Origin: Phoronis australis
Taxonomy: Eukaryota > Animalia > Phoronida
Assembly (NCBI GenBank): GCA_002633005.1
Contig: NMRA01000515.1
Coordinates: 62,001 to 126,000, forward strand
DNA: 64,000 nucleotides
Reading direction: 5' to 3'
Positions 62,743 through 64,000 of the stretch are shown here, one piece after another; positions within the stretch are counted from its first letter, which is position 1; every line of letters starts with the position of its first letter. Made by a program: the position numbers and the translations under genes. A model generated the notes under the pieces. The model worked only from the letters and a program-made list of their open reading frames with translations, was not told where the DNA came from and did not search any database.

Positions 62743-63301
62743 CTGCAAGAGCAACAATTGGTTTTAAGCAATTAAAATACTTGGAACTTGAGTGTTTGAG
62801 GTTTTGCTTACAACAATTGCAAGTCAGTGCTGCATTATACTTTAAACCAATATTTTGCAATATACCTTATGATACCTAACTGGTATGTACACTTTCAAAT
62901 TACGACAATGTCAAATATTGCAAAAACCAAGCAGTCCCTTGGCACCTCACTCATACCCAGGGGAGCACTTTTTGCGTAATTAATCTTAAGATATTTCTTT
63001 AAAGTCCTTAACATCATGAATTTCATATAAAAAACCTCAAAAAGCAAACCCACCAACCAATGAGCTTTCAAATTAGAACACCCGCAAACATTATCTGACG
63101 ACATAGGCAGATTTAGGGAGGGGGGGCCTGGCCCACCCCCCTTGGCTGCCGCAAAAAAATAAAACAGCAAGAGCGTATGGAATTTTTGAGTTTATTAATT
63201 AACCCCGGTAATTAAAATTATACGGATGAAACAAGATTTAAATGTGTGCAGTTTTAATGTTGGGGGGGGGGCGGCTCAAATCCAATTTCAAGTGTCAAAT
63301 T

Positions 63302-63734
63302 NNNNNNNNNNNNNNNNNNNNNNNNNNNNNNNNNNNNNNNNNNNNNNNNNNNNNNNNNNNNNNNNNNNNNNNNNNNNNNNNNNNNNNNNNNNNNNNNNNN
63401 NNNNNNNNNNNNNNNNNNNNNNNNNNNNNNNNNNNNNNNNNNNNNNNNNNNNNNNNNNNNNNNNNNNNNNNNNNNNNNNNNNNNNNNNNNNNNNNNNNNN
63501 NNNNNNNNNNNNNNNNNNNNNNNNNNNNNNNNNNNNNNNNNNNNNNNNNNNNNNNNNNNNNNNNNNNNNNNNNNNNNNNNNNNNNNNNNNNNNNNNNNNN
63601 NNNNNNNNNNNNNNNNNNNNNNNNNNNNNNNNNNNNNNNNNNNNNNNNNNNNNNNNNNNNNNNNNNNNNNNNNNNNNNNNNNNNNNNNNNNNNNNNNNNN
63701 NNNNNNNNNNNNNNNNNNNNNNNNNNNNNNNNNN
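63302..63734. other. Assembly gap (N run)
   Basis: Run of n; both flanks share atccaatttcaagtgtcaaatt, suggesting overlapping contig ends. Confidence 0.98.
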
Positions 63735-64000
63735 CAGATCCAATTTCAAGTGTCAAATTTGGAACATGGCGCATTCGTGACGGAACTATGGCTAAGTATA
63801 GGCTCTCCCGCGATATCCCAGGCGACCGGCAGTGACGCTGCGCACTACAACTCCGTTTCCGTCGTCTGCTCCGCTGTTCCATGAAGAAAATTTACTTCAT
63901 TTTTTAAAGAAAATGGAACCTGAGTAACGATGAAAAAACAGAAGCTGCAGGTAAGATGTGAATTTTAATCGAAGCCTTAGTGAATCATTCAGAAACTCAT

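Noticed and set aside
63226-63882. Long ORFs in the ORF track
   Set aside because: They are artefacts of the N gap.

Overview
AT-rich, intron-rich animal genomic DNA, probably a highly heterozygous marine invertebrate (inferred; not prokaryotic). Four genes can be built by hand from GT-AG exons. (1) A 2-exon calcyphosin-like EF-hand gene (+, 5171-8245, ~211 aa). (2) An unusual 4-coding-exon gene (-, 17200-14850, ~592 aa) joining an N-terminal module that I recall from microbial vWA proteins, a MIDAS-bearing vWA domain, a basic linker and a degenerate GIY-YIG/EFFECTOR-OF-TRANSCRIPTION-like domain ending YDYAWN. (3) A complete 30-exon ABCC1/MRP1-like ABC transporter (+, 18639-54551, ~1571 aa), head-to-head with gene 2. 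(4) The 3' part of a testican/SPOCK/Cow-like proteoglycan gene (-, ~62742-57000) with no visible Kazal exon. Introns hold many non-autonomous DNA transposons: four TTAA-flanked Kolobok-type elements (three with THAP remnants, two of them also with a putative KolX remnant), hAT-like MITEs with 5-, 6- and 8-bp TSDs, Harbinger-like MITEs, and Helentron-like repeats carrying CTCF-like motifs. Several tandem duplications copy splice sites. Duplications around single n bases look like co-assembled haplotypes that expose TE presence/absence polymorphisms. All homology calls come from motif recognition only; no database searches were run.
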